Of a DNA stretch of 64,000 nt, positions 1 to 10,164 are shown piece after piece. The first letter of the stretch is position 1, and every line of letters starts with the position of its first letter. Position numbers and translations under genes: made by a program. Below the pieces are notes generated by a model. That model ran no database searches. It was not told the DNA's origin and worked only from the letters and a program-made list of their open reading frames with translations. The DNA lies in NCBI GenBank assembly GCA_965248925.1, contig CBDFLE010000005.1:1248001-1312000 (forward strand), given 5' to 3'. The stretch is from Candidatus Multivoradales bacterium (GTDB taxonomy: Bacteria > Acidobacteriota > Thermoanaerobaculia > Multivoradales > J023).

Positions 1-9
1 GCTGAGCCC

Positions 10-3000
10 TTGGCCAGTCTCCGAACGGCACAGAGAACCGAGCAGCCGGCTCTCGCGCCGGCCCTCAATGCGGCCGCCAAAGCCGCCGCCGAGCTGCTCG
101 ACACTTACCCGGCCACCCTTGACCGCCCAGTGCTGCGGGCCACCAGCTTGCCCTATCGCCAGCTGCGCCTGCCGGCCCGTCTGCCAGTCACTGAACCGGC
201 GATCGTGCCGAGCTATCTCGATCTCGCCGATCCCGGCTCCACACCTGCCGACTTGGAGCCCAGCGGCGCCGCGCCGCTAGCTGATGAGATTCTCTTGCAG
301 GCTGAAGAGCTGGGCTACGACTATGTGGCGATCTACGAGTTCGTTCGCCACCAGATCGCCACCGAGTGGTACGCCGGCAGCATGAAAGGCGCGCTCGGCA
401 CTCTACGCCAGGGAGCCGGCAACGATGCCGACCAGGCGAGTCTGCTGATCGCCCTCTACCGCGCCAGCGGAGCGGCAGCGCGCTACGTCGGCGGGGTGAT
501 CGAATTGCCGCTGCCCTGGCTCAACACCCAGCTGGGCCTTGACGACGGCACTGCGGTGGCCGACTACTTGGCTCGCGCTGGTATTGCCCACCGGCCAGTG
601 ATTCGCGGCGGTCGTATCGCCGCCTTCGAAGTCGAGCACACCTGGGTCAGCGCTCACGTTCCTTACAGCAATTACCGTGGCTCGGTGGTCGACTTCTCAG
701 GCCGTAGCTGGATCCCGCTGACGCCGGCTCTGGAACCGGTCGAGAGACAGCCGTCCACCGAGGTGCTGGCGGCGATGGGCTTCACGGCCAACGATTTCGT
801 CACCGAGATGCTGAGCGCGGCCCAGCTCGAGACCCCGCTGAGCTTGCTGCGCCAGCGAGTCGAGCAATACCTGCTGGACACCGATGGCGGCACCTACGCC
901 GAGCAACTCGGCTCGGTGACCTCTACCGGCCAACCCCTCGGCCTGCTGCCCAACGGCTTCTATCATCCAGTTCTGGCGGTAACCTTCGAAGACTCCGAGC
1001 TACCGGCGAGCGCCCGCCACCGGCTGCGATTGATCGCCCGCGGCGAGACCACGGCAGGCTCGCCAGCCATCCTCGATCACCAGCTCGACCTACACCAAGC
1101 TCTCGGTCGACGTCTGACTCTGTCCTACGCCCCGGCAACCTCCGACGATCACCTGATTATCAACCTCTGGGGCGGCCTGGCAGAAGTGCCACCCTTCTTG
1201 GTGCGGCTGCGGCCCCAGCTCTATATCGACGGCCGCCGTATCGCCGTCGGCGAGCCGGTGGACGCCGCCAAGCTGCATCGGTTCGAAGCAGTAGTCGAAG
1301 GGCCGTTTGGCAGCCAAGAGATCAGCCAGATCGTCCTATCAGGCGCCTATCACGCCATCGCTGTGGGCGGTCAGCACTTCCAAGCCGTCGAGCTGGCGGA
1401 CAACGACCCAGGCGACGGCGAGCAGCTCGCCGCCCGCCTGCTGAGCGGCCTCGCCTACAGCTATGGTGCCGATTGGGACGCCGCTGAGACCGAGATTGGC
1501 GGCCTCTTAGCCGTGAGCCCGGCACGGCCGCTGCCGGCGCTGGTCATCGCCAGCAACTCCTTGCGCGCCGAATTACTGCTGGGAGTGCCGCAGCGGTTGA
1601 TCTGGGAAGGCGTCACCCTCGACGCCGCGCTGCGCGTCGCTGAACCCGCAGCTCGTGACGGCTCCACCGAAACCGCCGCCGACTGGATGCGCCTGGCGGC
1701 GCTCGAAGGCTCGGCGCTGGAGCAGGCGATTTTCGAAGGACAATTCCAGGTCGCGGCAATCTCGGCCGACAGGGGCCTGGCCCTGGCCCGCGACTCGGGC
1801 ATCGAGGTGCTACGCCTCGACGCTGGCAATCTGACCGCCGAGCTGCCCAGCCTGAACCACCCTCAAACCGTGCGTGACGACGTGGTCGCCCTCATCGCCC
1901 AAGGGCTGACGGTCGAGATCCCCCGCCAGCCGATCTCCGTCAGTGCCTGGACCGGATCGACATGGCGAGCCGAAGATCCAGAGAGCGGCACGGCCGGCTA
2001 CTTCCTCTCCGGCGGCCTGGCCGGTGGCGCCACCGTCGAGGCGCCTGAGAACTGGCTGCTGGGCTTCCTCGCCGATGCCCTGGCCGCGCCCATGTCAGAC
2101 TCCCCCAACACCGATCCTCTCGCTGGCGTCGAGCTACTCGTCGCCGAGGGTACTGACAGCCAGCTCGGCACCGTCGACAGGGTCTATCGTCACCCTCTGG
2201 CGGTGCGCGTGCTCGACGCGGCCGGCCGACCGGTCCAGGGCACCGAAGTCACCTTCTACATCTGGGCTGGCGACGGCCGGCTGCTCGACACCCAGAACCA
2301 AGAATCCACCAGCCTCACCCTACGCAGCGACGCCCGTGGAATGGCCCGCGTCAAGTTACGTTCAGGAAAGCACACCGCGGCTAACCCCCTCTTCCTTCGT
2401 CGCTTCGACAGCGACATCTTCCAAACCCGAGTGCTGGAGAACGTGGTCGAGGCGGTGGCCAGCTCCAGACTCGGCAATCTGGTGCTGCGCCAGCCGATTT
2501 CCTCGGTCGCCTTCCCCCAGGATCCGGCGGCTCTGCGCCGCACCAACCGCGACGACAACCAGGGCACCGACCTCACCGTGCTGCACGGCCTGTGGCAAGA
2601 CACCCTGGCGATCGCCGTCGAGGATCCGCACGGCAACCCAGTGGCCAATCAAGACGTGGCTTTCACCAACACCGTCTTCGTCGCCCCTGGCATCACCTGC
2701 ACCAACGCTCCGCCGGACCCCACCCCAGGTGCCTTCTTCGACGCCTCAATCGACTCGATCACCGGTGGCTTCACCGGCTGCCCGGTCACTACGCCCCGTT
2801 TCGGCGATTGCGGCAGCTCCGATTTGACCCTGAGAACGACCTCCTCGGGTCAGGTCTCGGCCGGTTTCATCGCCGGCCCCAGCGCCATTACCAGCTACCC
2901 GGCAACCGTCAGTTCAGCCGCCTTGCCACCGCTGTCTTACGAGTACAGCATTTCCTTCATCAACAACACGGGCCTCAACCACGACCACTGCGGGCCGCTG

Positions 3001-6000
3001 GCACAGCGCTTCGTGCGCACTTTCGGGTTCTTCGCCGACGCCGCCGGCCAGCCCAGCTCGGCAGTGCGAGCCGGCCAGGTCTACGACCCACCGGTCGGAC
3101 TCGAGGCCCTCGAATGGGTGCCCGAGTGCCAGGGGATAGGGATCGCCGACCCCAGCCCAGGGGGACCGCTGTTCTTCCTGGTCTGCAACGAGCTACGAGG
3201 CGAGTGGCGACCCGCCTATTTCTACCAAGACAACACTCACCCGCTGGCGGTTGAACTGCTGCCCGCCGGCACCACCACGCCGCCACAGATCGACAACCTC
3301 CTCGGCCGCCTCGAGAGCCGGCTGCAAGCCGGCCTCGACCCAGCCTTGCACACTGCTCGGGTGTTGCTACCGGTGCTGCCCAAGAGTCCCTACCTCGACG
3401 ACTTCAATGGCGAAGTCACTGTGCTCGAAACCCCCGAGGACTACCTCGCCGTCGGCCTGCTCGACATTGCCCTCGGACTGATCGCCAACATCGACCAAGA
3501 AATCGGCAGTCTGTGGGGGGTGCAAGCTCAGATCACCAGCTTCGAACCGCCTGTCGTGCCCCTCGACGACGACGGCCTCGCAGCTGAGCCGGTCGCGGTG
3601 AGCTACCAGATCGCGCCGGCCGAGTATCAGCCCACTAGTGCTTTCGTCGAGCTGCTGCGCGACGGCCAACAGGTCGACCTCTTGCGCGGCCAGAGCATCG
3701 CTGGAGAAGGTCTCGCCGAGCTGCCCCGCGGCCTTGAGCTGGGCCTCGACGGTCTGTGGCAGGCCGAGCTGGTGCTCAATCTCGACACTCCGATCGAAGT
3801 ACGCGGCGACCCCGTGCCGGTGCCCCTAGGGCAGCAGCTCTTCGCCGACTACAGCCGCGCCTTGGCGGTGCGCCAGGATGTCGACCTGCTCAACCAGCGA
3901 CGCTGCGCCCAGCCGACCCTCTTCAGCTTTGAGCTCAACCGCCCGGCCGAGGTCACCCTGATCGCCCGCCGGATCGAGAGCGTCGAGACCGACGGCAGCC
4001 TCAACACCGCCGCCGCCATCACCCTGATCGAAGCCGAGATGTTTGCCGACGGCGAGCACGGCGAGCCGATCAGCCCCACCGACCTGCCCCCCGGCGACTA
4101 CCTGATCGAGCTGCGCGGCATCGACGCGGTGGATGGCTACGAGGAGGTCCGCGAGGTCCGGCTGAGTTCCGATTGGGACATCTCCGAAATACTGCCCATC
4201 GGCCATACCTTGGTCCACGGTGTCGACCTTTTCGATGGCCACCTCACCATCAGTAGAACCGATCTCGAAATCCCCGGCCGCGGCATCGGCCTGGCGCTGC
4301 GGCGCACCTATTCGAGCCTGGCGGTGTCGAGCGGCGGCCCCTTCGGCCTGGGCTGGAACCATCGCTACCAGTCGCGAGTCGTGATCACCCCCTGCGGCGA
4401 GGCCATCTTGATCGGCGGCGAGGGCTCGGGCCTGCGTTTCGTCGACGATGGCCAGGGCGGACTACGCCCGCTGCGCGGCTCTCACGGCACCCTGCGGGCC
4501 GACCCGGCTGACGGCGGCTTCGACTTCTTCACCACCTCCGGCAACCGCTTCCACTATCTCTTCTCGGAAGACAGCACCTGGCATTTGGCCTGGACCGAAG
4601 ACCCCAACGGCAACCGCACCACCCTCACCTACATCGCCGGCGCCGATGGCCCCCTGCTGCGTCAAGTCACCGACTCCAGCGGCCGAGCCCTGGTTTTCGA
4701 CTACCGCCAGGCCAGATTTGCTGCCTGGGATGGACCGGTGATCGAGCACATCACCGGCCCTGGCGGCCTGGCGATGAGCTTCGATTACGACCGTTTCGGT
4801 AACCTGATCACCGCCCAGCGCGACAACCAGAGTCGCATCGAGCGCTACACCTACCAGACCCAGCCCAACGCCGGCCTGGAGCTGCGGCCGGTGATGACCT
4901 CGACGACCAATGGTCTCTCAGGCGCCAGCACCCATTACACCTGGCAGAGCGGCGCCGTGGCCATCGAAGCCGGGCTGGCGATCGATGCTCTGCTGGTGGA
5001 CTCGATCACCCACCCCGAGGGCGGCGTCACCACCTTCGACTTCGATCAACAGCTGCTCGGCAACGCCGCCACGCTAGAGCTAGAGACCACCGTCACCGAT
5101 CGCCGCCAGCGGGCCACCACTTACCGCCTCAACCGCTACGGCAGCCCGGTGGTGATCGCCGACCCCCTCGGCCACACCACCCGCAAGACCTGGACCCCCG
5201 ACGACGTGCTGATGCTCAGCCGCACCGACCAGAATGGGGTCGTCACTAGCTTCGAGTACGACCAGCACGGCAACCGGACCACCGAGCGCGTCCAAGTCAC
5301 CGACGAGACCGGCACCCTGGTCACCCGCGAGCGCCTGAGCACTTACTTTTCGCCCTCAGCCTTTATCGCAGAAGGCATCAAAAACCACCTCAAGAGCCAC
5401 ACCGACGGCCGTGGCCACACCACCCAATTTGAGTACGACGCCCAGGGCAATCTGACCCGCCAACACATCACCGTCATCGATGCCGAGGGCGCCGCCTCCA
5501 CCGTCGAGAGCCGCCACACCTACTACTCAAACGGCGACCGCCGCACCACCACCGATGCTCGCAGCCACGCCAGCACCTTCACTTGGGACACTTTCGGCAA
5601 CCCGGCCACCGTGCGCGACCGCGAAAACGGCCTGACCACCTTCGCCTTCGATTCACGAGGCCGCCAGCTCAGTCAGACCGACCCCAACAGCCACACCACC
5701 CGGCTGGCCTACGACGACCTAGACCGCCTGATCCTGCGCACCCTCGCCGACGGCAGCGTAGAGCAGATCCAGCACGACGACATCGCCCGCACCCGCACCC
5801 AGATCGATCCCCGTGGCCACGCCACCCGGACCAGCTTCGATCTAGAAGGCCGGCCCATCGAGATCGTCAACGCCGAGGGCGGTCAGCAGCAGATGGAGTA
5901 CGACCCAGAAGGCAACCTAACGCTAGAGAGCACCGTCTTCGACGCCACCACCCTCCGCCACAACACCCTGCTGGTTTACGACGACGCCGGCCGCCTGATC

Positions 6001-9000
6001 CGTCGCGAACAGCCCGAGGGCCGCACCACAGACCGAGAACTAGACCCAGCCGGCAACGTCCTGCGCCAGACCCTCGCCGACCGCGGCGACCCGAGCTTCA
6101 CCCCCCGCGTCACCGAGACCGACTACGACCGGCTCAACCGCCCCATCGAGACCCGACGCCTGCTCGACGCCGGCTTCATCGCCGGCCAGATCGCCTTCGA
6201 TCTGGAAAACAACCCCGTCCACAGCACCGACCCTCTCGGCCGAGTGACGACGATCACATTCGACGCCCTCGACCGCGAGATCGAGCGCACCGAGCCCGAG
6301 TGGAAAGCCGGCACCCCGAGAGTCAGTCAACGTTTCTGGGACGGCAACGGCAACCTGATCAAGACGGTGCTTTTCAACGAGCCCGAAAACCAGATCCGCG
6401 AGACCACCTACGATCGCCTCAACCGCCCGATCCGCCAGCTCGACGCCACCGGCGAGCTGCGGACGATGGAATACGACCCGGCAGGAAATCTGACTGTCAA
6501 GATCGACCGCCGCGGCCACCGCACCGAGCACCAATACGACGAACGCAACCGCCGCATCAAAACCACCGTCAAGCTCGCCGCTGGCAACGCCATCACCGAA
6601 TTCACCTTCGATCCCTCTAGCAACCTGATCGAGCAGCTCCAGCCCAACCAGAACCGCATCACCCACACCTACGACCCGCTCAATCGCCGTCTGACTAGCA
6701 ACGACCGCGAAGGCCAGCTCAGCCAGACCGGCTACGACGCTCGCAGCGTCCCCATCCGCCAAGAAGACGCCAACGGCAATGTCACCCTCAGCCAGTTCGA
6801 CGGCCTCGGCCGCATGATCCGCCAGGATCTGCCCGAAGACCGCACCGTCCTACAAACCTACGATGTAGCCGGCAACCGCCTAGCCACCACTAACCCCCGC
6901 GGCCACGCCACCACCGCCCGCTTCGACACCCTCGACCGGCAGACCGAAGAACTCTCGTCAGCCCCCTTCAACTACCTGCGACAGATGACCTGGGACGACT
7001 CCGGCAACCTGCTCTCAGAAACTGACCGTCGAGGCAACACCACCGAGTTCACCTACGACGACCTCAACCGCCGCATCACTCGGCTAGAGCCGCCCGTACT
7101 AGTCGACGGCTCCGAAATCCGCTATCAGACCACCTGGACCCACGATGCCGCCGGCAACCAGCTCACCGAGATCGACCCCCGAGGCGTCCTCACCGAGGAC
7201 CGCTGGGACGCCGAGAACCGCCGCACCGACACCCTGCGCGCCAACCTGCTCATCGAGCAGGTTGAGTTTGATGCCGCCGGCAACCGCGCCAAAGTCTGGG
7301 ACGCCAACCGCAACCTCAGCCAATTCGACTACGAAGAACGCCAGCTGCTGAGCACCGAGCGCCGGCCTCTCGGCGCCACCACCACCTTCACCCGCGACAG
7401 CATGGGCGACGTGGTCCGCCGAGTCGACCCGGCCGGCAGCATCACCGAATCCACCTTCGACTTCCGCCGCCGCCAGCTCACCAACACCCGCTTCGGCGAG
7501 GGTAACCGCTCCGAAACCACCACTTTTCCCTACGATTTCCAAGGCAACCGCATCGGCAAATTGCGCCCCGAGGGCAACGCCTGGACCTACCGCTTCGACG
7601 ATGCCCACCGCCTCACAGAAGTGGAAGACCCCGATGGCGACATCACCACCTACCAGCTCGATCAAAACGGTAACCTCATCACCCAGATCGACGCCGCCGG
7701 CCAGCCCACCACTTTCAGCTGGGACGAGCTAGACCGCCGCACCTCAATTACCCGAGCCGATGGTGCCACCGAGACCTTCACCTTCGATGAAAGCAGCAAC
7801 CTCAAGCAACACCGAGACGCCAAAAACCAAATCTTCACCCGTACCTACGACTCTCTCAATCGGGAAATAGCCCTTCAGTACCCCGAAGATCCCACCACCG
7901 ACGACGACCTCGAGCAGATCACCACCACCTGGGACGCCAACGGCAACCGCCTCCGAACCGCCGAGAACTTCGCCCAGAGCGGCATCCTCACCACCACCCA
8001 GACCTGGGACGAATTCGATCGCCTGGCCACCCGAACCGACCGCTGGGGCAACACCCTCACCCATGGCTACGATTTCAACGGAAATCGCCGACTACTCATC
8101 GACCCCGCCGGCATCCCGACCACCTCCACCTTCGACGCCCTCAACCGAGTCGACGCCGTTGGCACTCCCGGTGGAGCCACCACCTACCAATATCTAGCGA
8201 ACGGCCTGCTCAGCCAGATCGACTACCCTAGCGGCACCACCAGCACCTGGGAATACGATCCAGCCAACCGCATCAAAACCATCGATCACCGCCAAGTCAC
8301 CGACCTGATTTCCAGCTTCCAATATCAGTACGATCGCAACTCCAACCGCACTAAGCAGATCGAAACCCACACCGGCCAGCCCGCCGCGACCACCACTTAT
8401 GCCTTCGATCTCGCCGATCGGCTGTCTGTATTCACCTACCCCGAGAAAACAGTCGCCACGACCTACGATGCCGTCGGCAATCGCACTACAGAAGTGGCTG
8501 CCGACACCAGCGCCGCAACGATCACCGATCGCATCTACGCTTATGACAATCGCCACCGATTGGTAACTGTCACCGACCAGCTCGACTCCACCCAGACCGT
8601 CACCTACACCCACGATGCCAACGGTAATCAGATCCGTCGAAACCAAACCGGCCAACAAACCCAGCTGACCTACGACACCCGCGATCAGCTCACCCAGGTC
8701 ATCGAAGCCGCAATCATCCAAAGCACCTACGCCTATGACGCCACCGGGCTCAGGGTACAGAAGCTAACTGCAGAAGGCGAAGCTAGATACGTCTACGATC
8801 AGCAGAGCGTACTGACCCGAGAAGACAGCGACGGAATCACCAAATTCAACTACGGCCCCGACCGTCTGCTCTCAGTCGACGATCCAACAGAAGGCCGCGC
8901 CTACTATCTCCACGACACGCTGGGCAGCGTCGTCGGGCTAGTTACTCCTGCCGGCTCCCTGCTCGCCCGATATCGCTGGGATGCCTGGGGCAACAAGCGC

Positions 9001-10164
9001 GCCTCCGTCGAAACCCAGGCCAACCCCTTCGGATTTACCGGCCACGAGCACGACGACGAAACCGGGCTGATCTACGCCAAGGCGCGGTTCTATGATCCGG
9101 AGCTGGGGCTGTTCCTGAGCAGCGATCCCGTCGAAGGAGATCTTCAGAATCCGCCGAGTCTGCATCGGTATCTGTATGCCTTCCAGAACCCGACCGTCTA
9201 TACCGATCCCGATGGTAGAGAGCCCCTCGGCCTAGACTTTGCGCCTCTGCTCATTCCCGTCCAGGACGCATACCGCCAATCGCTCGCCGGAGAGCCGCGA
9301 TTCCTGACCAATGCAGAATTCGACGCGCTACCCGACGCCGAGCGAGAGCGCAGCATCGACGAAGAGTTCGATCGGCTCATCAATGGTCGTCCCTCCACGC
9401 CTACCGGCACCACCAGCGAGCAAGCCAAGACCCAAGAATCCGGTATTCGTGCGGCCTTCGACAACTTCTTCATCGACCCGTTCAGAAGGCTTGGCGAATC
9501 CGCTCGGCGCACCATTGAGGGCTTCGAAAAGCTAAGCGACCAGGTCTCTACCCGCGACAACCGCGACGAATTCCAGAAAGCCCAAGCAGCATCCCTTGGA
9601 GAAGCCCACGGCGGTGCAACAATCATCGTAGAAGCCAATGGGCAAGCGGGTGTCGTGGCCGAGAACGCTGCCCAGACGGCCCTCGATGCCGAAGAGGCGG
9701 TGGGGCGTCTTGGCATGGCTGGAATCTTCAAAGGCCTTGGGAGACAGCTCTTGAAGAATGGAGTGCGGGAGGGGGCGGAGGAGGGCGCCGAGACTACGGC
9801 AAGGGGAGTAAGGAGCGAAGCTCGTCGACGAGGAGAGCGGTTTGGGAAAAAGTGGAAGCCTAGAGAAGTTGTAGACTGTCCTGCCGGATGCGAAGCCGCT
9901 GCAGTCCAGATTCAAGGCCATGTTGGAGGGAAGGTTGCACGGATCAGGCCCGCAGAAGTTGTCCCGGGAGTCCGCCCACCGACACTTGGCGGCTACAGAA
10001 ACGTTAACCACGGGTGGTCACACCACGAGGTCGTTGTCAAGGAGGGCAGAGTGTACGACGCGTTCACAGGCCACGGAGGTTTGCCGATAGAGGAATACAA
10101 ATCCCAGTGGCAACACACTGCTGTCCCGTTAACTTCCGACGATTACCAGTTGTCTTTCGTCTAG
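10..10164 (+). CDS. Giant Rhs/YD-repeat polymorphic toxin: N-terminal transglutaminase-like domain, Ig-like (Big) domains, DUF6531-like region, YD repeats, Rhs core, C-terminal papain-fold toxin. Probably 5'-partial; native C-terminus displaced by IS4
   Basis: Frame is open from base 1. TGase-like motif GAGNDADQASLLIALYRASG...ARYV...EHTWV. Many YD/'YDxxGRL' repeats. Rhs core PFGFTGHEHDDETGLIYAKARFYDPELGLFLSSDP...NPTVYTDPDG (DPDG at 9205-9216). The tip has lower GC and a C...H...D pattern (GCE / WSHHEVVV / GRVYD). Confidence 0.93.
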   Translation: MASLRTAQRTEQPALAPALNAAAKAAAELLDTYPATLDRPVLRATSLPYRQLRLPARLPVTEPAIVPSYLDLADPGSTPADLEPSGAAPLADEILLQAEELGYDYVAIYEFVRHQIATEWYAGSMKGALGTLRQGAGNDADQASLLIALYRASGAAARYVGGVIELPLPWLNTQLGLDDGTAVADYLARAGIAHRPVIRGGRIAAFEVEHTWVSAHVPYSNYRGSVVDFSGRSWIPLTPALEPVERQPSTEVLAAMGFTANDFVTEMLSAAQLETPLSLLRQRVEQYLLDTDGGTYAEQLGSVTSTGQPLGLLPNGFYHPVLAVTFEDSELPASARHRLRLIARGETTAGSPAILDHQLDLHQALGRRLTLSYAPATSDDHLIINLWGGLAEVPPFLVRLRPQLYIDGRRIAVGEPVDAAKLHRFEAVVEGPFGSQEISQIVLSGAYHAIAVGGQHFQAVELADNDPGDGEQLAARLLSGLAYSYGADWDAAETEIGGLLAVSPARPLPALVIASNSLRAELLLGVPQRLIWEGVTLDAALRVAEPAARDGSTETAADWMRLAALEGSALEQAIFEGQFQVAAISADRGLALARDSGIEVLRLDAGNLTAELPSLNHPQTVRDDVVALIAQGLTVEIPRQPISVSAWTGSTWRAEDPESGTAGYFLSGGLAGGATVEAPENWLLGFLADALAAPMSDSPNTDPLAGVELLVAEGTDSQLGTVDRVYRHPLAVRVLDAAGRPVQGTEVTFYIWAGDGRLLDTQNQESTSLTLRSDARGMARVKLRSGKHTAANPLFLRRFDSDIFQTRVLENVVEAVASSRLGNLVLRQPISSVAFPQDPAALRRTNRDDNQGTDLTVLHGLWQDTLAIAVEDPHGNPVANQDVAFTNTVFVAPGITCTNAPPDPTPGAFFDASIDSITGGFTGCPVTTPRFGDCGSSDLTLRTTSSGQVSAGFIAGPSAITSYPATVSSAALPPLSYEYSISFINNTGLNHDHCGPLAQRFVRTFGFFADAAGQPSSAVRAGQVYDPPVGLEALEWVPECQGIGIADPSPGGPLFFLVCNELRGEWRPAYFYQDNTHPLAVELLPAGTTTPPQIDNLLGRLESRLQAGLDPALHTARVLLPVLPKSPYLDDFNGEVTVLETPEDYLAVGLLDIALGLIANIDQEIGSLWGVQAQITSFEPPVVPLDDDGLAAEPVAVSYQIAPAEYQPTSAFVELLRDGQQVDLLRGQSIAGEGLAELPRGLELGLDGLWQAELVLNLDTPIEVRGDPVPVPLGQQLFADYSRALAVRQDVDLLNQRRCAQPTLFSFELNRPAEVTLIARRIESVETDGSLNTAAAITLIEAEMFADGEHGEPISPTDLPPGDYLIELRGIDAVDGYEEVREVRLSSDWDISEILPIGHTLVHGVDLFDGHLTISRTDLEIPGRGIGLALRRTYSSLAVSSGGPFGLGWNHRYQSRVVITPCGEAILIGGEGSGLRFVDDGQGGLRPLRGSHGTLRADPADGGFDFFTTSGNRFHYLFSEDSTWHLAWTEDPNGNRTTLTYIAGADGPLLRQVTDSSGRALVFDYRQARFAAWDGPVIEHITGPGGLAMSFDYDRFGNLITAQRDNQSRIERYTYQTQPNAGLELRPVMTSTTNGLSGASTHYTWQSGAVAIEAGLAIDALLVDSITHPEGGVTTFDFDQQLLGNAATLELETTVTDRRQRATTYRLNRYGSPVVIADPLGHTTRKTWTPDDVLMLSRTDQNGVVTSFEYDQHGNRTTERVQVTDETGTLVTRERLSTYFSPSAFIAEGIKNHLKSHTDGRGHTTQFEYDAQGNLTRQHITVIDAEGAASTVESRHTYYSNGDRRTTTDARSHASTFTWDTFGNPATVRDRENGLTTFAFDSRGRQLSQTDPNSHTTRLAYDDLDRLILRTLADGSVEQIQHDDIARTRTQIDPRGHATRTSFDLEGRPIEIVNAEGGQQQMEYDPEGNLTLESTVFDATTLRHNTLLVYDDAGRLIRREQPEGRTTDRELDPAGNVLRQTLADRGDPSFTPRVTETDYDRLNRPIETRRLLDAGFIAGQIAFDLENNPVHSTDPLGRVTTITFDALDREIERTEPEWKAGTPRVSQRFWDGNGNLIKTVLFNEPENQIRETTYDRLNRPIRQLDATGELRTMEYDPAGNLTVKIDRRGHRTEHQYDERNRRIKTTVKLAAGNAITEFTFDPSSNLIEQLQPNQNRITHTYDPLNRRLTSNDREGQLSQTGYDARSVPIRQEDANGNVTLSQFDGLGRMIRQDLPEDRTVLQTYDVAGNRLATTNPRGHATTARFDTLDRQTEELSSAPFNYLRQMTWDDSGNLLSETDRRGNTTEFTYDDLNRRITRLEPPVLVDGSEIRYQTTWTHDAAGNQLTEIDPRGVLTEDRWDAENRRTDTLRANLLIEQVEFDAAGNRAKVWDANRNLSQFDYEERQLLSTERRPLGATTTFTRDSMGDVVRRVDPAGSITESTFDFRRRQLTNTRFGEGNRSETTTFPYDFQGNRIGKLRPEGNAWTYRFDDAHRLTEVEDPDGDITTYQLDQNGNLITQIDAAGQPTTFSWDELDRRTSITRADGATETFTFDESSNLKQHRDAKNQIFTRTYDSLNREIALQYPEDPTTDDDLEQITTTWDANGNRLRTAENFAQSGILTTTQTWDEFDRLATRTDRWGNTLTHGYDFNGNRRLLIDPAGIPTTSTFDALNRVDAVGTPGGATTYQYLANGLLSQIDYPSGTTSTWEYDPANRIKTIDHRQVTDLISSFQYQYDRNSNRTKQIETHTGQPAATTTYAFDLADRLSVFTYPEKTVATTYDAVGNRTTEVAADTSAATITDRIYAYDNRHRLVTVTDQLDSTQTVTYTHDANGNQIRRNQTGQQTQLTYDTRDQLTQVIEAAIIQSTYAYDATGLRVQKLTAEGEARYVYDQQSVLTREDSDGITKFNYGPDRLLSVDDPTEGRAYYLHDTLGSVVGLVTPAGSLLARYRWDAWGNKRASVETQANPFGFTGHEHDDETGLIYAKARFYDPELGLFLSSDPVEGDLQNPPSLHRYLYAFQNPTVYTDPDGREPLGLDFAPLLIPVQDAYRQSLAGEPRFLTNAEFDALPDAERERSIDEEFDRLINGRPSTPTGTTSEQAKTQESGIRAAFDNFFIDPFRRLGESARRTIEGFEKLSDQVSTRDNRDEFQKAQAASLGEAHGGATIIVEANGQAGVVAENAAQTALDAEEAVGRLGMAGIFKGLGRQLLKNGVREGAEEGAETTARGVRSEARRRGERFGKKWKPREVVDCPAGCEAAAVQIQGHVGGKVARIRPAEVVPGVRPPTLGGYRNVNHGWSHHEVVVKEGRVYDAFTGHGGLPIEEYKSQWQHTAVPLTSDDYQLSFV

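Noticed and set aside
5583-6620. 345-aa Arg/Pro-rich ORF and similar long overlapping ORFs (e.g. 33847-35193, 59110-60222)
   Set aside because: Shadow frames of high-GC genes; low complexity and no motifs.
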